64,000 nt of DNA from Candidatus Omnitrophota bacterium (GCA_016783745.1 JADHVZ010000006.1:3397-67396), one strand, 5' to 3'. Numbered from the stretch's first letter, positions 10,153 through 20,729 are shown. The notes: generated by a model not told the origin, from the sequence alone. Numbers and translations: made by a program.

Positions 10153-11733
10153 TTATTTTTTCGCGTCCTTCATTAGTTTATATTCTATGCCGTCTACAAG
10201 CGCGAGCCAGCTGGCTTCGATGATATTCACCGATACCCCTACCGTCCACCATGAATCTTGCTCATCCTGTGACTGGATGAGCACCCGCACCTTAGCGGCA
10301 GTTCCCGCTTTCTCGTCCAATACCCTGACCTTAAAATCGGCCAGGTGCATCTTGTCTAGAGATGGATAAAATTCCACAAGCGCCTTTCGAAGCGCGTTAT
10401 CAAGGGCGTTCACAGGCCCGTCTCCGAGCGCGGCCGTATGTTCTTTTTTACCGCCCACCTTGACTTTGATCGTGGCCTCGGAGACCAGATTACCGTCTTC
10501 ATCGTCTTCCACGATCACCCTGAAGCCTTCCAGGCGGAAGAATGATTTAAAATGCTTCATGGATCTTCTCATGAGGATCTCGAAAGACGCCTCGGCTGAT
10601 TCAAATTGATAGCCCTTATGCTCAAGCTCCTGCACAAGCTTAAGTATCTTTTTAGCCTTGGGGCTGTCTTTCTGTAATTGCAGATTGAACTCCTCTGCCT
10701 TTCTCAGGATGGTGGATTTTCCGGAAAGCTCCGAGATGAGAAGCCTGCGCCTGTTGCCAGTAGCGGCCGGATCCATATGCTCGTAACTTTTCGGATTCTT
10801 TAATATCGCGTTGACATGCACCCCCGCCTTATGGGCAAACGCGCTCGCTCCCACAAAAGGCTGATTGCCCATCTGCCTCATGTTGCTGATCTCTGAAATA
10901 AACCTTGAGGCCTCAGTCAGCTCCTTAAGCTGCGTATTCGATACGCAATTGATACCCAGCTTCAGTTTAAGGATAGAGATGATAGAGACCAGATTAGCGT
11001 TACCGCATCTTTCGCCGAAACCGTTTATGGTCCCCTGCACATGTTCGCATCCGGCCTGTACGGCGGAGATGGAATTGGCAACCGCAAGTTCTGAATCATT
11101 ATGCGCATGGATGCCGAGGCGTTTTTTTACGATTCTTTTCACCTCGGCGGTTATCCTATAGATATCCGATGCAAGTGTTCCGCCGTTAGTATCACAGAGG
11201 ACCAGGCAGTCCGATCCTCCGTTATCCGCCGCTTCCAGAGTCGCGATGGCGTAATCAGGGTTGGATTTAAATCCGTCAAAAAAATGTTCCGCGTCATAGA
11301 TGACCTCTTTATTTTTTGACTTAAGATAGGCTACACTTTCTGTGATCATGTTAAGGTTTTCTTCCAGGCTTGTGCGCAAAATATCTTTAACATGCAGGTC
11401 CCAGCTTTTTCCGAATATAGTGATGGCCTTTGTTTCCGCCTTGATCAGGGATCTCAGGTTTACATCGTCTTTGGCCTTGATCTTAGGCCTTTTGGTCGAA
11501 CCGAAAGCCGTGATCTTTGAGTTTTTGAGCCGTAATTTTTTGAGTTTTTTGAACACCTCGATATCCTTGGGGTTTGCCCCGGGCCAGCCCGCTTCGATGT
11601 AATGGACACCCAGTTCATCCAGCTTCTGCGCTATCCTCACTTTATCCGTGACGCTGAATGAGATTCCCTCTGTCTGCGCGCCGTCGCGCAGCGTCGTATC
11701 GTATAACTTTACATTGTCAGCCAATGTACTCAC
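10153..11733 (-). CDS. cimA: Citramalate synthase
   Basis: YDTTLRDGAQ, YDAEHFFDG, HAHND, AFAHKAGVH motifs and C-terminal regulatory domain. Confidence 0.92.
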   Translation of the reverse strand: MSTLADNVKLYDTTLRDGAQTEGISFSVTDKVRIAQKLDELGVHYIEAGWPGANPKDIEVFKKLKKLRLKNSKITAFGSTKRPKIKAKDDVNLRSLIKAETKAITIFGKSWDLHVKDILRTSLEENLNMITESVAYLKSKNKEVIYDAEHFFDGFKSNPDYAIATLEAADNGGSDCLVLCDTNGGTLASDIYRITAEVKRIVKKRLGIHAHNDSELAVANSISAVQAGCEHVQGTINGFGERCGNANLVSIISILKLKLGINCVSNTQLKELTEASRFISEISNMRQMGNQPFVGASAFAHKAGVHVNAILKNPKSYEHMDPAATGNRRRLLISELSGKSTILRKAEEFNLQLQKDSPKAKKILKLVQELEHKGYQFESAEASFEILMRRSMKHFKSFFRLEGFRVIVEDDEDGNLVSEATIKVKVGGKKEHTAALGDGPVNALDNALRKALVEFYPSLDKMHLADFKVRVLDEKAGTAAKVRVLIQSQDEQDSWWTVGVSVNIIEASWLALVDGIEYKLMKDAKK

Positions 11734-12968
11734 CTCTCTTTTACAATTGCCTTCTTGCTCAGATTAAATGCCTTATGAAGCGCCTTTACGGCATCTTGGG
11801 CCTTCTTCCTGCTTATCACGCAGGATATCTTGATCTCGCTTGTGGATATCATCCCTATATTTATTTTTTTGCCCGCGAGCGCGGTAAACATCTTCGCGGC
11901 AACGCCGGCATGCGTCTTCATGCCTATGCCGACGACGGAGACCTTGGCGATATCATCATCGGAGGTCACGCCCTCGGCCCCTATCTTATCGGATATTTCC
12001 TTCGCGGTCCTTATGGTCTTGAGAAGATCATCCCTGTTTACGGTGAATGACACGTCGGTGGCGCCCGTTCGCGAAATATTCTGTATGATCATGTCTATGT
12101 TGATGTTCTTATCCGCCAGGACCTTGAATATATGAGCGGCCGCGCCCGGCTTATCGGGAACATCGCAAATGGTGATCTTGGCCTCATTCTTGTTCACGGT
12201 AACCCCGCTCACTACCACTTTCTCCATCATCTTGACCTCCTCCGAAATCACAGTCCCTTTTTTATCGTTAAAGCTTGATCTGACATGAAGCGGTATCTTG
12301 AATCTGCCCGCTATCTCGATGCTTCTTGGCTGCATGACCTGAGCGCCGAGTGATGCCAGCTCCAGCATCTCCTCATAGCTGATCTTGTCAAGTTTCCTGG
12401 CGTTTTTCACGATGCGCGGGTCAGCCGTATAAATACCGTCGACATCCGTATATATCTCACACACACTCGCGTTAAGTGATTTCGCCAGCGCTACCGCGGT
12501 CACGTCGGACCCTCCGCGGCCCAGAGTCGTTATTTCCTGCTTAAGCGAGACACCCTGAAACCCGGCCACTATCACTATCCTATTCTTCTCAAGCTCCTTC
12601 AGTATTTTCGTCGCGTTAACATCTATTATGCGTGCCTTTGTATGCGAGCTGTCGGTCCTTATCCCTACCTGTGACCCTGTGAATGAGATAGCCTCTTCAC
12701 CCAGCTTATGTATGGCCATAGCTAAAAGCGAGACGGATATCTGTTCCCCCGTCGATACAAGCATATCCATTTCCCGTTCGGAAGGATATTTTGTTATCTG
12801 CCGGGATAGTTCTATAAGCTTGTCGGTGGTACCGCCCAGCGCGCTTACCACGACTACCATCTTATACCCCAGGCGCTTAAACTTCACTATGCGCCTGGCA
12901 ACATCCTGTATCCGGCCTGTATTGGCGACGCTTGATCCGCCGTATTTTTGCACGACGATGTTACGCAT
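11730..12968 (-). CDS. lysC: Aspartate kinase
   Basis: VQKYGGSSV, TTLGRGGSD, TDVDG.YTADPR motifs; two ACT domains. Confidence 0.96.
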   Translation of the reverse strand: MRNIVVQKYGGSSVANTGRIQDVARRIVKFKRLGYKMVVVVSALGGTTDKLIELSRQITKYPSEREMDMLVSTGEQISVSLLAMAIHKLGEEAISFTGSQVGIRTDSSHTKARIIDVNATKILKELEKNRIVIVAGFQGVSLKQEITTLGRGGSDVTAVALAKSLNASVCEIYTDVDGIYTADPRIVKNARKLDKISYEEMLELASLGAQVMQPRSIEIAGRFKIPLHVRSSFNDKKGTVISEEVKMMEKVVVSGVTVNKNEAKITICDVPDKPGAAAHIFKVLADKNINIDMIIQNISRTGATDVSFTVNRDDLLKTIRTAKEISDKIGAEGVTSDDDIAKVSVVGIGMKTHAGVAAKMFTALAGKKINIGMISTSEIKISCVISRKKAQDAVKALHKAFNLSKKAIVKER

Positions 12969-14571
12969 GTTTATACCTCTTCTTCTTTTTCAGATATACG
13001 TATACCTCAAACAACATGTACACTGTTATTATCAAAAGCGCGCATGATATGATCCCTAAAAGAACATCCCCGTTCTTTAGATATTTAGGTATGTTATATA
13101 ACAACGCTCCGAACGTGGTCAATAGCATAAATATACAGGGAAGAATCGTATATATTATTCTTGCGTTTCTGCTTAAAAGCCATACGGTGATCACCAGTAA
13201 AGCAAGTGCCGCTACAAGCTGGTTAGCGGCGCCGAATACCGGCCATATCTTCGTCCAGTTTCCGCTAAGGCCAAGCCAGCCGCTTAAAGCTACTACTATA
13301 AAAGTAGCCAGATACCTGTTCTTTATGCCAAAAAGTTCGTGCGTAAGATAACGGCCTATCCTTGTGGCGGTATCAAGTGTCGTCAAAATAAAAGCATTCA
13401 AGATCACTATAGCCAAAAACCCGCCCATACCCGCCAGCATCGATCCTGTAAGCGCGCCGTAACCGTGCCCGAAAGCTCCTACCGGCCCTGAACCGCCCTT
13501 ACCCAAAAAAGCGGTGAGCGCCGCCTGGTTTTTTAGCCCGGCCGCGACTACCAGGACCGCCATGACCGCGACAGCGGCCTCGACGATCATTCCGCCGTAG
13601 CTTATCCCTCTGGCGTGCGTCTCACTTGACAGCTGTTTCGAAGTAGTCCCGCTCGCCACAAATGAATGAAACCCTGATATCGCCCCGCAGGCAACAGTTA
13701 CAAAAAGCATCGGCCAAAGTGAATTATCAACTAAATGAAAACCGTTGAAAAACGGAAGCGCTATATTGGGACGGGAAACTATAATGCCCAGATAGCCGAA
13801 AATCACGCCAAATATCAGAAGAAACGCCGAAAGATAATCGCGAGGCTGAAGAAGTATCTGTACAGGCGTTATCGAAGCGATAAAAGAATATATAAGCAGC
13901 AAGCAACCCCAGAAAACTTGAGGGTTTTCAGCTTCGATCCTGACCGGGAACTTATTACCGATGATGATCAATAAGGCCATAACCCCCACCCCAAGCAATG
14001 TGACCGCCGCGTGATTCGCCTTCACGTTATAAAGCAAATACCCCACGAGTATCGCGACAGCTATCAGGCCTATTGAGGGAATCACTATCTTCGGTTCATA
14101 GGCGAGGGTCTTCGCGCATAGATAGACAAACACCGCTATCACCAGTATAAGCGTCAGCCATACAAATGAAGCGAAAAAGAGTTTTGCCCTGCGCGAGACC
14201 ACATTCTCAGCTATATCCGAGATCGAGCGTCCGCTGTTTTTTATAGACAATACCAAAGAGCCGAAATCGTGAACACCGCCGATAAAAATAGACCCTATTA
14301 TGATCCAGATGATAGTGGGCCCCCACCCCCAAATGGATAAAGCAAGTATGGGCCCTATAATGGGAGCGGCGCCTGAAATACTCGAAAAATGATGCCCGAA
14401 AAGCACCAGCGGGTTCTTTGCCGGCACATAATCAACGCCGTCATAGTTTTTATGCGCCGGCGTCACCGCTTTTGCGGATATACCGAATAGCTTGACGAAT
14501 TTCTTACTGTAAAAAATGTAACCCAGGGTCAAAAAGACTATCGCTATGGCAGCAACCAAAAGCGAATTCAT
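12961..14571 (-). CDS. cstA: Carbon starvation protein A family transporter (pyruvate/peptide)
   Basis: DGVDYVP, FGHHFSSISGAAPIIGP, ACGAISGFHS and FGAANQL motifs; many TM helices. Confidence 0.92.
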   Translation of the reverse strand: MNSLLVAAIAIVFLTLGYIFYSKKFVKLFGISAKAVTPAHKNYDGVDYVPAKNPLVLFGHHFSSISGAAPIIGPILALSIWGWGPTIIWIIIGSIFIGGVHDFGSLVLSIKNSGRSISDIAENVVSRRAKLFFASFVWLTLILVIAVFVYLCAKTLAYEPKIVIPSIGLIAVAILVGYLLYNVKANHAAVTLLGVGVMALLIIIGNKFPVRIEAENPQVFWGCLLLIYSFIASITPVQILLQPRDYLSAFLLIFGVIFGYLGIIVSRPNIALPFFNGFHLVDNSLWPMLFVTVACGAISGFHSFVASGTTSKQLSSETHARGISYGGMIVEAAVAVMAVLVVAAGLKNQAALTAFLGKGGSGPVGAFGHGYGALTGSMLAGMGGFLAIVILNAFILTTLDTATRIGRYLTHELFGIKNRYLATFIVVALSGWLGLSGNWTKIWPVFGAANQLVAALALLVITVWLLSRNARIIYTILPCIFMLLTTFGALLYNIPKYLKNGDVLLGIISCALLIITVYMLFEVYVYLKKKKRYKHA

Positions 14572-14578
14572 AGGGTCT

Positions 14579-15799
14579 TTACGCGCCTTTCATAAAGCTA
14601 TCCATGAGCTGCCAGCCGCTCGGAAACGTCAGCCGGGAAGCCTTTCCGGATTTCTCACTGAAGACCATGGTATTGTCAGCTTCGACGCCGGCACCGCATA
14701 TGACAAAAGGAATCGGGTCAGAGGTATGGGTACCTATCGATATCGGAGTCGAGTGGTCAGGAAGGAGCATCATTTTGACATCGTCCCTGCCTTTAAAGTA
14801 CTTCAATGCGGTCCCTACTATGTGTTTATCAAAGTTTTCGATTGCCGTTATCTTGGCGCGTATATCCTTGTTGTGGCCGGCCTCATCCGTTGCTTCCACG
14901 TGTACGAATACAAAATCATTATTATCGAGCGCCGCCATGGCGTAGTCAGCCTTTCCCTGATAATTCGTATCGTAGTATCCTGTCGCGCCCGGCACATCTA
15001 TGACCTCAAGCCCTATAAGCTTGCCTATGCCGTTTACGAGGTTGACTGCTGAGACTATAGCCCCCTTCACACCGTATTTTTCCTCAAACATGGGAAGCCT
15101 CGGCTTTGTACCCTGGCCCCAGAGCCATACCATGCTGGCGGGGTTTTCCTTAAGATCCAGCCTGACCCTATTGATGTCCTGCTTCTCCAGAACAGCCTTT
15201 GAATCATTCATCAGTTTTATGAGGAAATCAGCTCCCTTACCCTTAGGAAGATTCTTGTCTACCCTCTGGCCTACTATATCGTGCGGCGGCATGTAAGATA
15301 TCTTGCTAAGATCCGCATCCTTGCCTGAAGATTTAAAATGCCTGCCGTTTTTTATCACCATAAGATGCCGGTAACTTATTCCCGGATAAAATTTCACATC
15401 ACCCTTGCCCAGCTTCTTATCGATGGCCCTTATAAGTATGTCAGCTTCCTTGGTGGTTATGTGTCCCGAGCTGTAATCGGTCAGGATACCTTTATCCTCA
15501 GTTATAAGATTGCACCTGAAGGCCACATCGTCATCACCAAGACCTATATCCATATTTGCCGCTTCAAGCGGGCCCCTGCCCGAATAATACTTTAGAGGGT
15601 CATAACCGATGATGGAAAGGTTGGCAACATCGCTTGCCGGGGTCATGCCTTTCGGGATCACGGAAACCATGCCCACTTTACCGTTCTTGGCCATATAAGT
15701 CATGTTCGGTACTTTGGAGCATTCAAGCGGTGTCCTCCCGTCTAGCTCTTCTAAAGGATAATCCCCCATTCCGTCAGGAACCATAACTATGTATTTCAT
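14579..15799 (-). CDS. apgM: Cofactor-independent phosphoglycerate mutase, ApgM type (proposed homoserine kinase subfamily)
   Basis: PDGMGD, SDVANLS, GRGPLEA, HVEATDEAGH and PDHSTP motifs; directly downstream of hom-thrC. Confidence 0.88.
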   Translation of the reverse strand: MKYIVMVPDGMGDYPLEELDGRTPLECSKVPNMTYMAKNGKVGMVSVIPKGMTPASDVANLSIIGYDPLKYYSGRGPLEAANMDIGLGDDDVAFRCNLITEDKGILTDYSSGHITTKEADILIRAIDKKLGKGDVKFYPGISYRHLMVIKNGRHFKSSGKDADLSKISYMPPHDIVGQRVDKNLPKGKGADFLIKLMNDSKAVLEKQDINRVRLDLKENPASMVWLWGQGTKPRLPMFEEKYGVKGAIVSAVNLVNGIGKLIGLEVIDVPGATGYYDTNYQGKADYAMAALDNNDFVFVHVEATDEAGHNKDIRAKITAIENFDKHIVGTALKYFKGRDDVKMMLLPDHSTPISIGTHTSDPIPFVICGAGVEADNTMVFSEKSGKASRLTFPSGWQLMDSFMKGA

Positions 15800-15811
15800 T
15801 TTTTCTCCTCG

Positions 15812-16870
15812 TTAATAACCTATTTCTTTCAAGACAGCGCTCATATCGTTCTCGAGAACTATTGGCTTATCTACGCTGGCAATAGCCCTATCAGGGTCTT
15901 TTAAGCCGTGCCCCGTTACAATACAGACTATCTTTGACTTCTTCTTAAAATAGCCTTTTTTCGAATATTTAAGCAGTCCCGCGACTGAAGCTGCCGAAGC
16001 GGGCTCCACAAACACGCCTTCTTTTTGAGCCAGGATCTTATACGCGTTAAGGATCTCGTCATCGGAAACCATATCTATGGCCCCTCCCGATTCATCCCTC
16101 GCGGCTACAGCCTGTTCCCAGCTGGCGGGGTTGCCTATCTTTATGGCGGTCGCTATTGTCTGGGGCTTTTTTACAATATGCCCCTTCACGATGGGAGCCG
16201 CGCCTTCCGCCTGAAACCCTACCATTTTCGGGAGACTTTTTATGATGCCTTTTTCTTTATATTCTTTATAACCTTTCCAGTACGCCGTGATATTACCCGC
16301 GTTTCCTACAGGAATAACATGATAATCCGGAGCTTTGCCGCCAAAGGCATCGCATATCTCAAAGGCCCCTGTCTTTTGGCCCTCGATCCTGAAAGGATTG
16401 AGCGAATTGACAAGTGTTATAGGATATTTATCCGTGATCTCACGCACAAGCATCAGGGCATCGTCAAAGTTGCCCTTAATAGCAATGACTTGAGCTCCGT
16501 GAATAAGCGCCTGAGCCAATTTGCCCAGAGCTATAGAGCCTTCCGGTATTAAAACCACACATTTCATTCCGGCGCGCGCTGCGTACGCGGAGGCAGAAGC
16601 GGAGGTATTGCCGGTAGAGGCGCACATAACCGCCTTTGAGCCTTCCTCCAGGGCCTTGCTGACAGCCATGGTCATACCCCTGTCCTTGAATGAACCTGTC
16701 GGATTCAGCCCCTCATATTTTACGTAAAGCTCAACATCGCCGCCGGCCAGCTCATCCAGATATGGTGTTCTGATAAGCGGCGTATCGCCCTCATTAAGAG
16801 TTATTACGGGCGTATCTTTGCCTACCGGTAAATATTTCTTATATCTTTCTATGACCCCCTTATACATCAT
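15812..16870 (-). CDS. thrC: Threonine synthase
   Basis: [26 protein letters not shown] and TGHGLKD motifs. Confidence 0.96.
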   Translation of the reverse strand: MMYKGVIERYKKYLPVGKDTPVITLNEGDTPLIRTPYLDELAGGDVELYVKYEGLNPTGSFKDRGMTMAVSKALEEGSKAVMCASTGNTSASASAYAARAGMKCVVLIPEGSIALGKLAQALIHGAQVIAIKGNFDDALMLVREITDKYPITLVNSLNPFRIEGQKTGAFEICDAFGGKAPDYHVIPVGNAGNITAYWKGYKEYKEKGIIKSLPKMVGFQAEGAAPIVKGHIVKKPQTIATAIKIGNPASWEQAVAARDESGGAIDMVSDDEILNAYKILAQKEGVFVEPASAASVAGLLKYSKKGYFKKKSKIVCIVTGHGLKDPDRAIASVDKPIVLENDMSAVLKEIGY

Positions 16871-16873
16871 ACA

Positions 16874-18169
16874 TCACCTCATCTCCATTCTGATGGCTAC
16901 GGGTTTTCCGCTGATCGAGTTAAGCTTGTTTATCTGACCGAGCGCCTTTCTTAGATCCATCTCTATTGCCTCATGGGTCAGCATGACTATAGGAACCGCG
17001 TGCTCTTTATTTCTCTCTTTCTGCGAAACGCTGGAAATGCTTATTTTATATTTAGCGAGAATGCCTGATATGCCGGCCAGGACGCCGGGTTTATCCATCG
17101 CCATGAACCTTATGTAGTAACGGCTTTTTACTCTTCCGATACCCTTTATTCCGCTTACACCCGAATCAAAATTCATCTCGGGCATTATCATCTTCTTTCC
17201 GGCCGCGACAGCTTCCGCGATATCTGTTACATCCGATATGATCGCGCTTGAAGTCGCCTTCTCGCCGGCGCCTTCACCGTAAAGAAGGCTCTCCCCTATC
17301 ATGTCCCCTTTTATATAGATGGCATTTTGCGCGCCTCTGACTCCGGCTAAAAGATGTTTTGTGGTAAGCAAAGTGGGGTGCACTCTTACGTCAAGTTTGC
17401 CCTCATCCTTTTTCGCGATAGCCAGAAGTTTAATGGAATATCCGAGCTCCTTGGCGTATTGTATGTCCTGTAATTCCACGCTCTGAATGCCTTCTGTAAA
17501 AATATCTCCGACATCTACATACCTTCCGAATCCTAATAACGATAAAATGGCGAGCTTATGCGCCGAATCCATACCGTTTATATCCAGAGTCGGGTTACTT
17601 TCAGCTATTCCCAGCCCTTTGGCTTTTTTTAGCGCGCCATTAAATGTCTCGCCTTCTTCCTCCATCTTAGTCAGAATATAATTTGAAGTACCGTTTATGA
17701 TGCCGTATACCGCCTGGATCCTGTTCGCCACAAAATCACCGCTTAACGCCTTTACCACAGGTATGCCGCCGCCTACACTTGCCTCGAACCTTACCGTCAC
17801 ACCGCATTTTTTCGCTACTTTGAATATCTCTTTGCCGCATGCCGCCAGGAGAGCCTTATTGGCTGTGACCACATGTTTCCCGCTTTCCAGCGCCTTTATC
17901 ACAAATTCCTTCGCGGGATGTATGCCCCCGATGAGTTCGATGACAATATCAATATTGGGGTCATTTAAGATATCGCCGGCTTTTTTAGTGAGTTTTTTAC
18001 GGGAGACCTTGACCGGCCTTTTTGTTCTAAGGTCCTTATCGGCTATACGGACGAGCTCAAGCTCAAGACCCCTTTTTTTCTTTATAAATAACCTCTTGCC
18101 GGCCAGCGCCTTGACTACACCTGTTCCGATAGTGCCGAATCCTATAAGGGCGATATTGACTTTCTTCAT
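16874..18169 (-). CDS. hom: Homoserine dehydrogenase
   Basis: GFGTIG, VVTANK, EASVGGGIP, NGTSNYIL motifs; C-terminal ACT domain. Confidence 0.96.
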   Translation of the reverse strand: MKKVNIALIGFGTIGTGVVKALAGKRLFIKKKRGLELELVRIADKDLRTKRPVKVSRKKLTKKAGDILNDPNIDIVIELIGGIHPAKEFVIKALESGKHVVTANKALLAACGKEIFKVAKKCGVTVRFEASVGGGIPVVKALSGDFVANRIQAVYGIINGTSNYILTKMEEEGETFNGALKKAKGLGIAESNPTLDINGMDSAHKLAILSLLGFGRYVDVGDIFTEGIQSVELQDIQYAKELGYSIKLLAIAKKDEGKLDVRVHPTLLTTKHLLAGVRGAQNAIYIKGDMIGESLLYGEGAGEKATSSAIISDVTDIAEAVAAGKKMIMPEMNFDSGVSGIKGIGRVKSRYYIRFMAMDKPGVLAGISGILAKYKISISSVSQKERNKEHAVPIVMLTHEAIEMDLRKALGQINKLNSISGKPVAIRMEMR

Positions 18170-18200
18170 ATCAAACCTTTCGTATTAGGAAAAATCGTGG

Positions 18201-18343
18201 GACACAACGTCACCAGGTCACCCGTCACCAGGTCACCAAAATCCTATGTGAAATATCTTGGGTTTCAAAGTCACCCGTCACCAGGTCACAAGGGGTTTTC
18301 TTATCCTTTTCTCGTGTGACCTTGTGACGTGTGACCTTGTGAC
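18201..18343. repeat. GTCAC-family 7/8-bp tandem arms in inverted arrangement
   Basis: GTCACCAG/GTCACCC units at 18209-18238 and 18270-18292, spacer AGGGGTTTTCTTAT, inverted GTGTGAC/CTTGTGAC units at 18314-18343. Confidence 0.85.
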
Positions 18344-18362
18344 CCTTGTATTTTCCAAGAAC

Positions 18363-18441
18363 TGGTCGGGGGGACCAGATTCGAACTGGCGACCTCTTGC
18401 ACCCCAAGCAAGCGCGCTAAACCAAACTGCGCCACCCCCCG
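18363..18441 (-). tRNA. tRNA-Pro (GGG)
   Basis: CGGGGGGTGGCGCAGTTTGGTTTAGCGCG-CTTGC-TTGGGGT-GCAAG-AGGTCGCCAGTTCGAATCTGGTCCCCCCGACCA; GGG anticodon, T-loop and encoded CCA. Confidence 0.96.
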
Positions 18442-18445
18442 GTTT

Positions 18446-19444
18446 TTATAAATGTTCGATCTTCGGAGACCTCATCATAAGGTCTTTTACTACGTCCTTT
18501 GGGGATTTATCTTTATATATTACGTTATAGATCTCGCGCGTGATCGGCATATCCACGCCGATTTTCTGCGAGAGCCGGTATGCCGATTCCGTAGTCGTCA
18601 CACCCTCTACTACCATCTCAGTCTCTTCCACTATTGCTTTGGCCCGCTTGCCCCTGCCAAGCATCTCACCAAACCATCTATTCCTGCTGTGCGGGCTTAT
18701 ACATGTTGTTATAAGATCGCCCATACCGCTTAATCCGGCGAATGTCTCCCGCCTTGCTCCCATAGCAACTCCCAGGCGCGTGATCTCCGCAAGGCCTCTG
18801 GTTAAAATAGCGGCTTTTGTGTTCGCGCCGAACCCCAGACTATCTGATATTCCCGCGGCAATGGCAATTATATTCTTTAGAGCGCCCCCTAATTCGACAC
18901 CCGTTAAATCATCGCTGGAATATACCCTCAGCTTATCTCCGGCAAGAACATTCTGCACTTCCCTGGCCAGATTCAAGCTCCTGGAAGATGCCACTATTGT
19001 CGCGGGCATGCCCTTAGCCACCTCGATCGCTATGCTGGGGCCTGATATTGCCGCGATCTTCCTATCTTTGCCAAGGACATCCTCTATCAGCTCTGACATC
19101 CTCATCAATGTCCTACCTTCAATGCCCTTAGCGGCAGAGACCAGAATAGACGCATCTGCCAGAACACCCTTAAGGCGCGGCAGTATGTCACGCAAATATT
19201 TTGACGGGATAGCCAGGATAACTATGCCTGCTCCGCTTAAGGCCGGCTTTAAAGACGGTGTTATATTGACTTCGGCGGGGATAGCAATACCTTTCAGGAA
19301 TTTTGTGTTTTGGCGGGTCTCTGATATGGATCTTATATAATCCTCAAAAACACCCCACAAGGATACATCAACGCCTTTTTCCGATAGACGTATCGCTAGA
19401 GCCGTCCCCCATCCCCCGTCACCTAATATGCATACTTTATTCAT
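18446..19444 (-). CDS. gpsA: NAD(P)H-dependent glycerol-3-phosphate dehydrogenase
   Basis: LGDGGWGTALA, GVELGGALKN, GLSGMGDL..TC.S..SRN motifs. Confidence 0.96.
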   Translation of the reverse strand: MNKVCILGDGGWGTALAIRLSEKGVDVSLWGVFEDYIRSISETRQNTKFLKGIAIPAEVNITPSLKPALSGAGIVILAIPSKYLRDILPRLKGVLADASILVSAAKGIEGRTLMRMSELIEDVLGKDRKIAAISGPSIAIEVAKGMPATIVASSRSLNLAREVQNVLAGDKLRVYSSDDLTGVELGGALKNIIAIAAGISDSLGFGANTKAAILTRGLAEITRLGVAMGARRETFAGLSGMGDLITTCISPHSRNRWFGEMLGRGKRAKAIVEETEMVVEGVTTTESAYRLSQKIGVDMPITREIYNVIYKDKSPKDVVKDLMMRSPKIEHL

Positions 19445-19469
19445 ATTACTACGCTAATTTTATGCTATA

Positions 19470-19498
19470 AATTTACCATGTAATATTATATTAGTCAA
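19470..19498 (-). promoter_or_regulatory. Putative sigma70 promoter of gpsA and tRNA-Pro
   Basis: TTGACT-N17-TAAATT with a TGn extension. Confidence 0.5.
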
Positions 19499-19508
19499 GG
19501 GGGAAAGT

Positions 19509-19540
19509 AAAAAGTCCCCGGTTTTATCCGGGGACTTTTT
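19509..19540. terminator. Bidirectional rho-independent terminator
   Basis: AAAAAGTCCCCGG-ttttat-CCGGGGACTTTTT. Confidence 0.85.
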
Positions 19541-19574
19541 CGGAGGTACAGGGGTATGGATGAGTCCGAATCCC

Positions 19575-19955
19575 TTAAGAGATCTCTTTGGCAACAGCAA
19601 CAACCGCTAAGTCCATTTTAAAGGAATGAACGAATGCTATGCTGTACACATATTGCCCAACTATGGCGTAACATGTGCCTGCGGTCTTACATAGAAGTGT
19701 ATCCTCTCCTGTGAAGGAGCTGTGCCTTCTTAGTATATGAAAGTGCTTCTTTTTCCATGTATTGCTTGCTTCTTTAAGTTCTCTAAGGCTTTGCATGTCC
19801 TTGGGGCTTTTCAATAAGACCTTCTTCCTTACAAAATAAGTACATCTCCTCTCGATACGCGCCAATATGCCGTCTTTAGAGACAAGCTCTTTTATGTACA
19901 AGCGACGCTTCTTATTGCCTTTTTGAGTGAGATTTCTGTACAATATTTCTCTCAT
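19575..19955 (-). CDS. Hypothetical basic protein (about 126 aa)
   Basis: Open frame with likely start MREILYRNL at 19955 (ORF-track start 20063); followed by a terminator; no family recognised. Confidence 0.6.
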   Translation of the reverse strand: MREILYRNLTQKGNKKRRLYIKELVSKDGILARIERRCTYFVRKKVLLKSPKDMQSLRELKEASNTWKKKHFHILRRHSSFTGEDTLLCKTAGTCYAIVGQYVYSIAFVHSFKMDLAVVAVAKEIS

Positions 19956-20108
19956 TTTAAGTATCCGCCTTCGCGGCCTCCATAAGTACTTAAAACTTTT
20001 TAAAGCTCTTGAATTAATTGGTAAAAAAAAATTCGCACTTTCTGTACCATATAAGTATACCACAAGAAGGGGGCAGCGTCAATGGACCAAATCTTACTTT
20101 TTTAACTC

Positions 20109-20729
20109 TTAATTCTTATGGGCGCCTATCTTGTTTTCATTACCGGCAAGCAGCCTTTTTATGTTACTCTTATGCTTGTAACTTATTATTATACAGATAG
20201 TTATGGCAAGTAGTACATTTTCTAGCCTATCGCCCATTAGAGCCGCTACTACGGGCAATGCCACCACTAAATGGAGTGACGCTAAAGATACATATTTGGT
20301 AAAAGCTAATGTTATGAAAAAGATTATGACCGCGGCTATCATGGCCTTCGGCATGAGTATTCCCAGTACCCCACAGCTTGTCGCGACACCTTTACCGCCT
20401 TTGAATTTTAAAAAAAAGCTCCAGTTATGGCCGCATACAGCACATAGTCCAAGCAAGGTGCGATACATCTCTATAGTGATGATCGCATTGTCATTATAGA
20501 AATAAGTTGCGATAAAAGTAACGGCTAGCACCCCCTTCAATATATCCACTATCAAGGTTATCAGCGCAGGCAGCTTTCCTACGGTCCTCAGCACATTTGT
20601 TGCCCCCACATTGCCGCTGCCCGCTTTGCGGACATCTATGCCTTTGATCTTTCCCATTAAATAGCTGGTCGGGATCGATCCTAATATGTATGCGGAAACC
20701 ATACCGAGTAGCGCGTATATTATGGCCAT
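20109..20729 (-). CDS. plsY: Glycerol-3-phosphate acyltransferase PlsY
   Basis: YILGSIP, GSGNVGATN, GHNWS.F..FKGGKGVAT and HKSNIKRL motifs. Confidence 0.96.
   Translation of the reverse strand: MAIIYALLGMVSAYILGSIPTSYLMGKIKGIDVRKAGSGNVGATNVLRTVGKLPALITLIVDILKGVLAVTFIATYFYNDNAIITIEMYRTLLGLCAVCGHNWSFFLKFKGGKGVATSCGVLGILMPKAMIAAVIIFFITLAFTKYVSLASLHLVVALPVVAALMGDRLENVLLAITICIIISYKHKSNIKRLLAGNENKIGAHKN

Noticed and set aside
18363-18441. tRNA-Pro as the attachment site of an integrated island
   Set aside because: No integrase and no duplicate of the tRNA 3' end were seen in the window; only repeat arrays follow it.
18225-18530. ORFs 18225-18407 and 18258-18530
   Set aside because: They overlap tRNA-Pro and merely translate the GTCAC repeats.
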